A DNA stretch of 64,000 nucleotides from positions 62,001 to 126,000 of the forward strand of contig NIVC01002677.1 in assembly GCA_002269645.1 (NCBI GenBank), read 5' to 3'. The stretch is from Macrostomum lignano. Its lineage: Eukaryota. Both the position numbers and the translations under genes were made by a program. Positions within the stretch are counted from its first letter, which is position 1. Every line of letters begins with the position of its first letter. The notes beneath the pieces were generated by a model, which made no database searches, had not been told where the DNA came from, and worked only from the letters and a program-made list of their open reading frames with translations. Of this stretch, positions 37,001 through 47,700 are shown piece by piece.

Positions 37001-38501
37001 CACCCGATTCTCCAAAATGACCCAAATTCTCAAAAATGACATCAGATTCTCAAAAATGGCACCAGATTCTCCAAAAATGGCACCAGATTCTCAAAAGTGG
37101 CACCAGATTCTCAAAAATGGCACCAGATTCTCCAAAAATGGCACCAGATTCTCCAAAATGGCACCCGAATCTACAAAATGACACCAGATTCTAAAAAAAT
37201 GGCATCAGCTTCTCAAAGATGAGGCCAGACTATCCAAAATGGCACCGGGCACTCCAAAATGGCACTGGACTCTCGAATTGTTTAACATTTATTAAACATT
37301 TTAATGAAAGCAGCGCAGAGGTTGAACAAACCTGTTCCGAAGCGGCGGCCTGTAGGTGACGTTGCTTCCCCGCCCGGTCACCCAGGTCACGTGGGCGGGC
37401 GGCTCGGCGGCCACCCGACACAGCAAGCGGGCGGAATCGCCGACTCCGTAGCTGGCCCGGCCGCTGAAGTTCAAAAATCTCGGCGCCCGGCAGCCCAGCT
37501 CGGCCGTGAAGTTCAAACCGGACAGGCGGCGGCCGCTGAGCCGAGGCGGCCCGGCGCATTTGGCGTCCGGTCCCAGCTCGACGGCGGCCAGCCAGGCGAG
37601 GCCGCAATGGCTGCAGTTCCAGGCGCCGCCGCCGTCGACACGGATGCTCAGGCGGCGCAGCGCGGGTCCCCAGCTCCAGCCGGCCAGTTTTGGACAGCGC
37701 CGGAAGCGCAGCTGGCGCAGCCGCGGCAGCTGGTTCAACGAGTCGACAAATTCGTACGTCACTTCGGTCAGGTTGGGCGAATCAACGAACTCCAGCCGGC
37801 GCAGGTTCGGGTGGCCCGCCAGGCCGCTGGCGGACAGCCGGCCGCTGGCCGAGAGGCGCAGCTCGCGCAGCCCGGACCCCCGCGGTGGCGTTGGCCAGCC
37901 GCTCCAGCTGGGCGTCCAGATCGGCCAGCGGACTGCCGGACAGATCGAGCCGGTTCAGGTCAGTCAGGACGACGCTGGAGTTGACGGTCAGGCCGGTCAG
38001 GCCGCAGGCGGAGACGTTGAGCTGGGCGAGGTTCGGGAGCGCGGCCGAGAGGCTCGTCAGCGGAAATTCGCCAACGCCACCGTCGCCGCCTTCGCAGGAC
38101 AAGTCGAGCTCCGCGAGGCCCGGCCAGAGCTGACCGCGCCGGCTAATCAGTTTGGCGAGGTCGACAGCCGGGCGTCGAAAGCTGCCGCCGAGGCGCAGTC
38201 GGCGAAGCTGGCCCCGGCGCCAGTCGGATCCGAGGTCGGCGAGTTCGGCCAGGAGGTCGACGGGCGGCGACAACGATGTTGGCGCGGCCAACGTGGCGGA
38301 GAGGCTGGCCCAGGGCGGCTGGCGGATTGCGGCCAGGCGGTTCCAGTCCGCAACCGAGAGGTCGGGACAGTCGACTTCGCTCAGGCCGTCAGCTGAGCGG
38401 CAGGTGCATCGGGCCGGACACGCCGGCTGCGGCATCGGCCGAGCGGCGGCCAGAGCGATCACCGAGAGCAGCAGCAGCTGCAGCAGCGGCGATGACGACA
38501 T
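31097..38501 (-). CDS. Type I membrane protein: signal peptide, LRRNT, LRRs, LRRCT, Ig domain, TM and helical-repeat cytoplasmic tail (~802 aa after correcting a 1-nt frameshift); exons 38501-37332, 34128-33906, 33500-33051, 31663-31097
   Basis: CPARCTC N-cap, LxxLxL repeats, WNCSHCGLAWL...C C-cap, Ig LLCRVAAEPPAHVTW...DGSLYI...DAGLYRCIADN and TM YGMMVGALSAASLLCIAVVIGL. Phases fit once one G is removed from the G5 run at 37877-37881. From recall it resembles invertebrate proteins annotated IGLR-2-like (FH..HPWH insert in the Ig domain, AFDNC motif); this is unverified. Confidence 0.88.
33540..33760. repeat. Degenerate repeat (GGATTCTTATGTGAGG...) in an LRR-Ig intron
   Basis: Directly visible. 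Confidence 0.7.
34190..34740. repeat. 18-bp G-rich minisatellite (GGGGACAGGGAGTGAGGT) in LRR-Ig intron 1
   Basis: Directly visible. Confidence 0.95.
35935..36125. repeat. Purine-rich repeat (GGGAAGAGAGATGGGGAGAGAGGGT)
   Basis: Directly visible. Confidence 0.8.
36645..37265. repeat. 21-22-bp minisatellite (AAAATGGCACCAGATTCTC[C]A) in LRR-Ig intron 1
   Basis: Directly visible. Confidence 0.93.
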
Positions 38502-40309
38502 TGCGCGATGAAGTGAGAGGCTGGACTGAGCCTGAGGAGGGGCATTCGAAAATTGAATTCGTTTGTTTGAGCTAGACTTGATTAAAAACTTAAAATCTAT
38601 TGGGATCTATAATACATCTATTGGGATCTATAATGCATCTATTGGGATCTATACAGCATCTATTGGGATCTACAAACAGCATCTATTGCGAGGATCTATT
38701 TGAAGTATGAGAAAGCACAAGCAGAGCTTACCAAATGGACAAAGTGTTGTATTAACTTTTGAATGCGTTAAGCTTCTTCTTCCTTCCGAGCAAAAGCAAG
38801 TCAGTGGCTCGTGCTTGATTATCTTTCAACCCCGACAAAGTTTTCGGACCAGAACTGGCTGTCTTGCCCAAAACTTCCTCGGGGTGGAGGCGACACACAG
38901 AGAGAACTGTAGAGTTCAGAAATACTGGCTGCTGCTGAGGTTTGGGAATTGGGTAAACTTTATTTAGAGAGAGAGAGGGGGGAGAGGGAGAGAGGGCGAG
39001 GGTAGGGCTGGGAGACACGAGAGCAGTCATGCCCCGGTGGGGACACGCACGGGAGGCCGGACGAATTTGCACTTCCCCCGTCCAATCCCGAAGCCCCTAA
39101 TCCCCAGCTGATTAGGGGAGGATGTGGGCTCCTTCACGGGTGATGGACGGGCCGCCCCGGTATTGCTTAGCAAAGGATGCGTGAAGGCGACGCCCCATGG
39201 CCTCCCTCAGTTGGGAAGAGGAATGAAAGAAATGGGGCGAGGGTGAGGGAGGGTAAGAGGCGGGAAGAGTGTGTACACAAATCGGAGGAACCGCTTCGGG
39301 TATGGGGGTGGGGGATGGTTGGTCGGCGTCAGATTCAGGGGGAGAAAGAACTTTCGGGAAGAGTGAAAACGGAAAGAAGGGGAAAAAGTCCCCAAAGAAG
39401 TTCATGAAGCCGCTATAGGCCGAGAGAAGGGAAGCGATGCAGAGCTATAGTGTTCCTCATTCGGTGTCGAGGGGAAGGAGAGCGGGGCAAAGAGAAGCTC
39501 TGGGGACGACGAGAGAGGATCGGGGACGAGTCTAAATCTTCAGCCTCGCCCTCCCCCCCCAGGCCCAATTCGGATCACATGACCGGCTCCCGCATACTGC
39601 ATAGTACTCGAACATTCGCTGGCACATGCACCAGAGTTCGGGTAAAATGAATTGCCCAAAATCCAAGTGACTTTTCTTGTTGACTCCAAGGCAAGCCAGT
39701 TGCTTTTTTCGCTTCAGCGGATCAGGGAATTCCCGCGGGCATTCCAGTTGTCTGCTCTAATTAGCGAACTAATTGGAACCAGAGAGCTGTAAAGCATATT
39801 AAGGGGCTTTGGAAATTGAAGCATGTCCTTGAACTTCACTCGGTAGAAAATTGTTAGCTAAAAGTTCAACGTCTAGAATATTTGATCATGTTAACACGGA
39901 ATTCTCATTTCAACACTTCTCCACATTTCGTTCCGAAAGTGTTGCTTCTAATAGAGCTAAATAGCCATTAAGACCATTGTGCAAACTCAGCTCAGCTCTT
40001 TAGTTTGTTTAACCAATGATACGTGTAATTATACTACACCCAAACTGAGGTTCAGGAAACGGCATCAAGCGTTCAAGCTCGTTTACACCAACTGACTGAT
40101 GCCCAAGGACCACTGTAGGATAGCGGGACGTGACACTCAAAGATCGTATAATGTTTTTGGAGGCCAAATTCCTGGAAAAAATAGACTGCGGAGACAGCGA
40201 AAAATCTTTTTATTCATCACATAATCAATGATTTGCATTTGATCTAAGACAGTGAAGATTACCATACTATATTGCATGTTACTCTACTGTGTTTTATGTA
40301 ACTGTTTAC

Positions 40310-40649
40310 TGAAACATTCACGGGCCACATTCGGCCCGCGAAGCCTCGATCTCTATCCGACATTCGGGTCCTTCGAAACTTCACAATGGCAAATCCGACC
40401 CGCTTAAAGTCTCTTCTCAGCTCTCTTACCCCTCTCTCCCCCCTCTCTCTCTCTTCTCCTCTCTCCTCTCATCTTACGTATCTATATCTTCTCCTCTCCT
40501 CTCTCTTCTTTCCTCTTAATTATCTCTCTCATCTCTTCTCTTTATCCAATCTCTATTCTCTCTCCTTTCCTCTCATCTGGCCTGCAGCCATAAGCTAGGT
40601 TCTTTATCTTGCACGGCCCTTGAAGAGCAAAAAAGTTTGCCGACCCATG
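40310..40649 (-). mobile_element. Degenerate hAT-type MITE
   Basis: One end reads CATGGGTCGGCAAACTTTTTT..AAGGGCC, and the subterminal CGCGGGCCGAATGTGGCCCG lies near the other end. This pattern is typical of non-autonomous hAT elements. A related fragment sits at ~21160-21210. Confidence 0.5.
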
Positions 40650-43220
40650 CTTTGTATACATGACCGCGTCAGAGGGCGACGTCGAAACCGTTCTGCTTTA
40701 CAACACCGAGGCCTGCATGCTGCGCGCCGCCTTCAAGACCGCGGCGACAAGCGAGTCACCAACGCGACAAATCTATCGTCGCGCCAACCTAAGGTCCGTT
40801 CAAGCGAACTATTGTGCCGTCAGCGGCTCCAGCTGACAACAGGCTACTCGTCGAGTTTTTCTGCCCACAAACGATGCAGGAGGTGCTGCTGCTTGACGCT
40901 GCAGGCAACCATACCAGAGAGGACAGGTGGTCTTTGTCAACTACATGCACATGTGCAACCCGGACTAGGTCGGTGGCGCGGCCTATTTTGTGCCCTAGCA
41001 CAGAAGCGCGCCCTCTGACTCTTCTTTTTTAAAGAAATTACTGAAAGCGTATTTTGCTGTGTTGTTTTTGCCAGTTGCTGTTTTATATTTCGCACTGCAG
41101 TAGCGCATTTTCATGTAGAATAATTTTATGACTGAATTTGATACGAAGCTCAGCAGCTTGCACGGTTAGGGCGAGAAGTGAAGTCGGTATGAATGTGTGG
41201 ATTATGATGAGACTGCAAGTAAAATCGTCAATGTGTGACGCACCACAGATCACAAACTATACGCTCGTAGTCAGAAATTGAAAAAAGATAACCGCCAGTC
41301 AGTCCTTTACTATAGAGCCTTTGGCAGAGCGATTTACGTCACAGCTCACTACACTGCAAATGACGCAAGGTTTTCCAACTCATGCTCCGGTGCACTGGGT
41401 CAGGATGGCGATTTTCATTGTCGGCTGATTTTCCATGCAAGAATGGCATTCTTGCACTCTTTTGCGTGCAGGAATGGATGTCTATGGTAAAATCTCACTG
41501 AAAAAGCATTAGGCGCAGAAATGCATTCCTGCACGGTTTTGTGCATTCCTGCACGATGAATCATCCGACAATGGAATTCCTTCACGTTCACTCGTGCGTG
41601 AAGGACATCGTGCACTCGTGCGCTAGCGCGCACTCGTGCAGATGTCATTCCCGCACTCGTGACCGTGCAGGAATATACCAATGTTGCTGAGTTATATGAG
41701 TTTCAGCAGTGCTAATATCAGAACAACGAAAATGTGTAAATGCCAAATAATAATTACATGTAAGAGTTTAAAAAACTTTCACTGTTTTTGTCATATAAAA
41801 TAGCAGAAATAATTAACACTAGAAGCCATCTGATTTAGTGAAGATGTTTTTTGATTTATGTAATTTTGTTTTTCAGGGTATGATAATAACTTTCGGATAA
41901 CTGATTCGTTGAGTTTCAAAGAAAGCGCAAAGAAAGAAGGCTTTGGTTTTCACTAGAACTGCTTGCAAGATAAAAAGTCACATAGGCCCTAGTCTGTAGG
42001 ACTACTTCAGAATCATATGTCTTAAGTCTAACCCTTTATATTAGCATTTTATCATCTCTGAGTGTCAATGGATGGTGCATGGCATTTGTTCGGGGTTTTT
42101 TTAAGAACATTAGACCTGGGCTGGGCCTATTTTATTTATATATTCTTTTGCCATCGATCACGTCAGGTGGAAACTCCAGTTGCACAAATGATTAATCATT
42201 TTCCAGATAAGTGCAATATGAAGCAAATCAGCAAAGAGTTAATACTAGGCCTAGCCAGCCCTGGGGCCTGGTCTAGGTGCTAGTTAGTAAATAAAGTCGA
42301 AAGAAAGTTGTATTTCAGCATTTTTATAAATTCCAAGCCTAAGAAAAAGCTTCTTGCAATAAATTAGACGAATTTTCTATCTAATATAGCCATAGCCATA
42401 GGCCTAGGTTACATTGCCTAGGTTAGAATTAATTGTTACTTTGTAAACAGAATTATTGCCTATTAATTGCTCATTAGATTAAAAGTCATTAGAAATTAAT
42501 AGATAGGCCTAACTAGCCTAGCCTAAAAGTGCAGAAATACAAAGTTGGCTATTGTAAGCTCTGGAAAAGTGCTTACATTGAAGTGAAAAATAATGGCCTC
42601 CCCTTGTCTTAACTGGGCTGGGCTATCTAGCCAGACTAGCTCTACACTAAATGATAGGCCTAGATAACAAAGCTGAGGTTTGAAGGCCAAGCTAGCAGCC
42701 TGCAAAGGCATGACATAGTAGACTTGTAGATAAAACTTGTATTCTAAAAATTTTATCAGAAGAAGTAAATACTTAGACTTATACTCAGACCCTATTCTAA
42801 GATCTATGCTCAGAAATTAATTATAGTTTAGCACAACTTTGGTAACAGTGATTAAGATGTTAAGAAAGAGGTTTAGCCCCATTCGATGAGAGAACCAGAA
42901 TGCCTATGACACCTTGGTGGCATAACAGTGGGATTTCCTTTAGTATAGGAAAAGGAAACAGCACTGGGACACTTTGATTGAAAAATCTGACAAAACTTAA
43001 TTATTTTAATTTATAATAATTATTATTAAAGGCCTTGATTATTAAAAAAACCTAATGTTTGTTGGTTTATAATTGATTAATTAACGCCTTAAAATATCTT
43101 AACCCATTTTCATGAAACTTATAAGTCTACTATTTAATTCGAAAATTAAGACTTAATATTTGTACAGATTAAGAAATGTTTCATGCTAAGGGGGTTAAAT
43201 ATTTAAAAAACCTATTTTTA

Positions 43221-44193
43221 CAAGGGGTGTCCAAAAAGTAGTGATACTTTTAACCATAGTTCTGGTTCTATAGCTTCCTGTGATTTAAAATTTTATGAAC
43301 TGATAGCAGAAAATCTCTTCTACAAACTGCTTTTTGAATTTTTAAAATTGATACCAGAGAACAAAAGTTATACCCACGAAAATAACAGTACCTATACCAT
43401 AGAGTTACACAAATTGTATGAAAATTTATAATAGTTGACTTCTGCACTCATTCATTAAGAAGGCATTGATAAATGTCTTGTTTAAGCAATACAATTGCAA
43501 AATGATGCTCATTGTGACTGACTGGAATTTGTCTATGGATGGAATCATGCGCAGAAAAATAAAGCATTAAATTCATTACTTTACTTGCAAACAGAGGAGC
43601 TTGCATTTTGCGATTTGTTCATGATTTTATTGCCCATACTCGACAACACATGGATGTGCACTCAGTTGTTGCTCAGCAAAGTACCATCTTCACTCTTTGG
43701 GGTGCTGGCCATAGTGCCTCAGAAATTCACGCAAAACTTTGCTCTGCGCATGGATCCTCTGCGGTCAGCAAAATGACAGTTTATCAATGGATTGAGCAGT
43801 TAAGCAAGGGAAGGACTGACTTGGCAGATCAGCATCAGACAGGGCAGCCATACGTTCATCAACCTGATGTACTAGCAGACTCCATTCTGGATCTTCTTGA
43901 CCTTTAGAGAGATCGCTGACACTCTGATAGGTTAGACATGCTGAAATCAACAATTCATTGAAGCTTACTCGGCATGTATCTTGTGAAGCTCAGCCTATAA
44001 TTTGTGTAACTCTATGGTACAGGTACTGTTACTTTCATGAGTATAACTTTTGTTCTCTGGTATCAATTTTAAAAATTCAAAAAGCAGTCTGTAGAAGAGA
44101 TTTTCTGCTATCAGTTCATAAAATTTTAAATCACAGGAAGCTATAGAACAAGAGCTATGGTTAAAAGTATCACTACTTTTTGGACACCCCTCA
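43221..44193 (+). mobile_element. Internally deleted Tc1/mariner element with ~195-bp terminal inverted repeats and TA target-site duplication
   Basis: TIRs at 43221-43415 and 43999-44193 begin (C/T)(A/G)AGGGGTGTCCAAAAAGT and are flanked by TA at 43219-20 and 44194-95. The internal ORF 43608-43907 encodes a mariner N-terminal HTH (SASEIHAKL...VSKMTVYQW...GRTDLAD...GQP) but no DDD domain. Confidence 0.9.
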
Positions 44194-44761
44194 TATAATG
44201 CTCTGAATAAATAGATAATCATTATTTATAATATTGACTTTTTTAATTTTGACTATAACAAAGATTACATCATAACTACCTTTTTGTTTATCATTAGTAA
44301 CAAGTTGATTGGCTAAATTGTAACTTTTACTTTTATTTGAATTGCATAATCACTATAGTCACAAGATTTTCCTTGGTATATGGCAGTAAAATATGAGCCA
44401 CACCTATATTGGATCCTAAAAGATATAAACCTATATTTTAAGTCAAATAGAATTAAAATTTTGTATACCAGTATGAGTTTAAATCTATGATTGGCTATCA
44501 TTTTAGACATTATTTATACAATTACTATATTATTATTATCCATTAATGTAATTTAAATAATAAAAATGTTTCGATTTCGACAGTGCATAAAGCATAAGGT
44601 TTAATTATAAGCTAACAAATAATGACTGCATTTTTGTGAAGCCATGATTTAATCTAGTAATACATAAAAAATGAATGACCTTTCCATTGATTATATTTTT
44701 CGGCTTGATCAGATAGTTTTTTATTTATTTCATGGCATCCCACTTTGCTGCATCCCACCAG

Positions 44762-47700
44762 AAAGTGAAGAAGTAGATCCAGCATCCTTGAAATCTCAGC
44801 AAACCAGGCGGGCGGTCTCGCTTTTGCCCGAGGAGTTGATGGACTCATCTGAGCAGCTGCAGCAGGCTGGGGACGAGCTTGACGATCGCAGCGACTCGCT
44901 GCCGCAGCCACCGCTGGAGGCGCCGACGCGTCCAGGACGAGCAGCAGCAGCCGACGAAGATGAAGACAAGCAGCTGGCCCTGCTTAAGACCATCGACGTG
45001 GAGGACATCCACACGGAGGTGGCCGGCAAGACCAGCCGCGGCGCCATCCGGCGCATCGCCCGCGCCTCCAGCTGCGAGGCGCCAACGCCGGCTGCCCTGG
45101 CAGCAGCAGCAGAGGCCGCATCCGAAGATGATGAAGATGACGAAGACAAAGAAGCCAATGATGAGCTGGGGACGGCAACGGCGGCGGCTGAGACTGACAA
45201 GCCGTCAGCATCCGACCCGGGCTCGAACTCGAGACCAGCCGCTGCTGTTGCCGAAGACAGCATCGCAGCCGGCGTGACGGCGCTGCTGCTTAACGAAGCT
45301 GAGCAGCAGCAGCAGCAAAAGCAACAGCAGGATGATGTAGAGGAGACACTGACAGCAGAATGGAGAACAGCTGATCGGCACGTGTTTGTCATGAGCCGTT
45401 CAGGCAAGCCGATCTTTAGTCGGCATGGCAACGAAGAGAAGCTGGTGACCCACATGGGCGTCATGACCGCCCTGGTGTCAGTAGTTGAGGACTCAGACGA
45501 TCAGGTGCATTGGTTCGAATCCGCTGATCGCAGATTCGTATTCCTAGCCAAGGAGTTCCTCATTCTCGTGTGCATCTGCCGGTCGGCCGAGTCGCCTACT
45601 CAACTGCTGCTCCAGCTCAACTATTTATACAATCAGATCCTCAGCCTGCTCACCTTCACTGTGCTCAAGCGGGCATTTCGCAAGTCAAATTACGATCTGC
45701 GCCATTTGCTACCAGATGCGGACAGGTTCTTGACCGGCCTGCTGCAGTTCATGGAGCGGGACATCGGGCCCCTGCTGGGCGCAGTCCAGTGCCTGCCACT
45801 GCCCAAGTCTACCAGAGACGCTGTCGGCGATGCCATCTGCTCTGGAGCTCGGGTTAAGGTGAAAATCTGGATTTTTTTAAGGAGATGGGAATAATAATTG
45901 AATTGAATACCGCTGCCCTGATTGCCCTGATTGATTGTCGCCACACCTGCAGCTGGGTGAACTGAAGCAATGCAGAGTTAAGTGGTCTTCTTGCTTAAGG
46001 ACACAAATTGTTCCAGTGGGATCCGGAATCGAACCCCCGACCTTCACGTCGTTAGTCCGACGCTCTGACCACTGGGCTACAAACCTTAGACACATTAGAC
46101 ACATTATAGAGTAATCCAATAGAGAATTAAGCAACTCCAAGCCAATCAAAATACAAGTATTGAAAATTTTTTGTTTTTTTAAAAATCAATTTTCTTTATT
46201 TGAGGAATGAGATCGCGAAAATGCCGCCTTTCGATACATATCGTCATCGTGTTTGTTTCTTTAGTAGAAGGACCTACTGCATGCACTTTGAAATTTTGAT
46301 TAAAATTTCAATGTGGAGATAGTTTTCCTTTGTACTTTAATGACTAATTAGTGTTAGTGGCAATTCAATATGATCAACTTTAAAATAGGGTCCGCGTGCT
46401 TCCAGTTTTCATTGCGGTATTTTCTCATTTTTCTGTACTGCACTGCCAAAGATTGCAAATTAAAATAAAATAAAATTTTACTATTAGTAGCATATAAAGT
46501 ATATTTGCTTTATTTTTTATTATAGTCCATATATTACCCTATATATTTATGCTAAGAGTAAAACAGTTAATAGAATTTCATTATTGCTAATTTCGTGAAT
46601 GCAATATTTCGCTATTTCTACTGTAAGTAAAGTATCTAGAAGTTGCAAAACAATTAACAAAAAAACAAGTGGTTCGACAAGCTCAGTTCATGGGCTGTTA
46701 CTAAAATTTGTTATTGTCATTAAGAAATCATAAAAAATATATTCATTAATTCGTTAACTCGCTTCCAGAATCGTCGCAATCCGGTAAGTATTAGGTGATT
46801 GTTTGTTTGTTTGTTTAATCTCTTTTTGTGTCTTCTGTGTGCTTCTGGTTCAATTTTAACATTCTATCATAAATGCGCTTCATTGGTGGTTTGTTTTACA
46901 GTAGCTGCTATTGTTTACCCACTTTGTTGTGCCTAGTTTTTATTTATTTGGTTTAATAGTTAAAATATCCTGCTCACCAGTACTAATAATTAATAATTTA
47001 GTAGTTGAAAAACTGTTCTATACGTCTAGCGAAGATAATTTTAAGTGGTTTTTAAGACTTTCAGTTTTGGGGAATTCTAGCCTTTTTAATTGCTCACAAA
47101 TTGGCTCTCCCTTGCTGTTATAACTTTAGAATATTGGTAACAATCTCACAATTAGACAATTATTCAAGAAGACGATGGGAATCTCTATGCTAGAGAGTGA
47201 GAATCTCAGGGTGAGGCACAGTGAGCAGGTGACTGAGGTGAGACAGTCAGAATTTCAGGTTAAGACAGTGAGAATCTCACAATAAAATTATGAGAATCTA
47301 AAAAATAGACCGTCGGAATATCTAAGCTAGAGAGTGAGAATCTCAGGGTGAGACATTGAAAATCTCAGGGCGAGGTAGTGAAAATCTCAGGGCGAGGCAG
47401 TGAGAATCTCGGTGAGACAAGGAAAATCTCACAATGAGATAATCAGAATCTCCAGAGTAGCCAGTTGGGATCTCTAAGCTAAAAGAGTGAGAATCTCAGG
47501 GTGAGACATTGAAAATCTCAGGGCGAGGCAGTGAGAACCTCAGGGTGAGACAAGGAGAATCTCAGGGCGAGGCAGTGAGAACCTCAGGGTGAGACAAGGA
47601 GAATCTCAGGGCGAGGCAATGAGAACCTCAGGGTAAGACAAGGAGAATCTCAGGGTGAGACAAGGAGAATCTCAGGGCAAGGCATGAAGAATCTCAGGGT

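Noticed and set aside
37304-38396. Long + strand ORFs opposite the LRR exon (similarly 20215-21021, 31397-31714, 44796-45464)
   Set aside because: Antisense shadows of GC3-rich coding exons.
40690-40960. MULE/FLYWCH transposase or WD40 fragment
   Set aside because: Only vague resemblance, with multiple stops and no diagnostic motif.
46010-46085. tRNA gene (also 60960-61027)
   Set aside because: A/B boxes are present, but the acceptor stem is not convincing and the head runs into a shared CORE-like body, so these are SINE heads.
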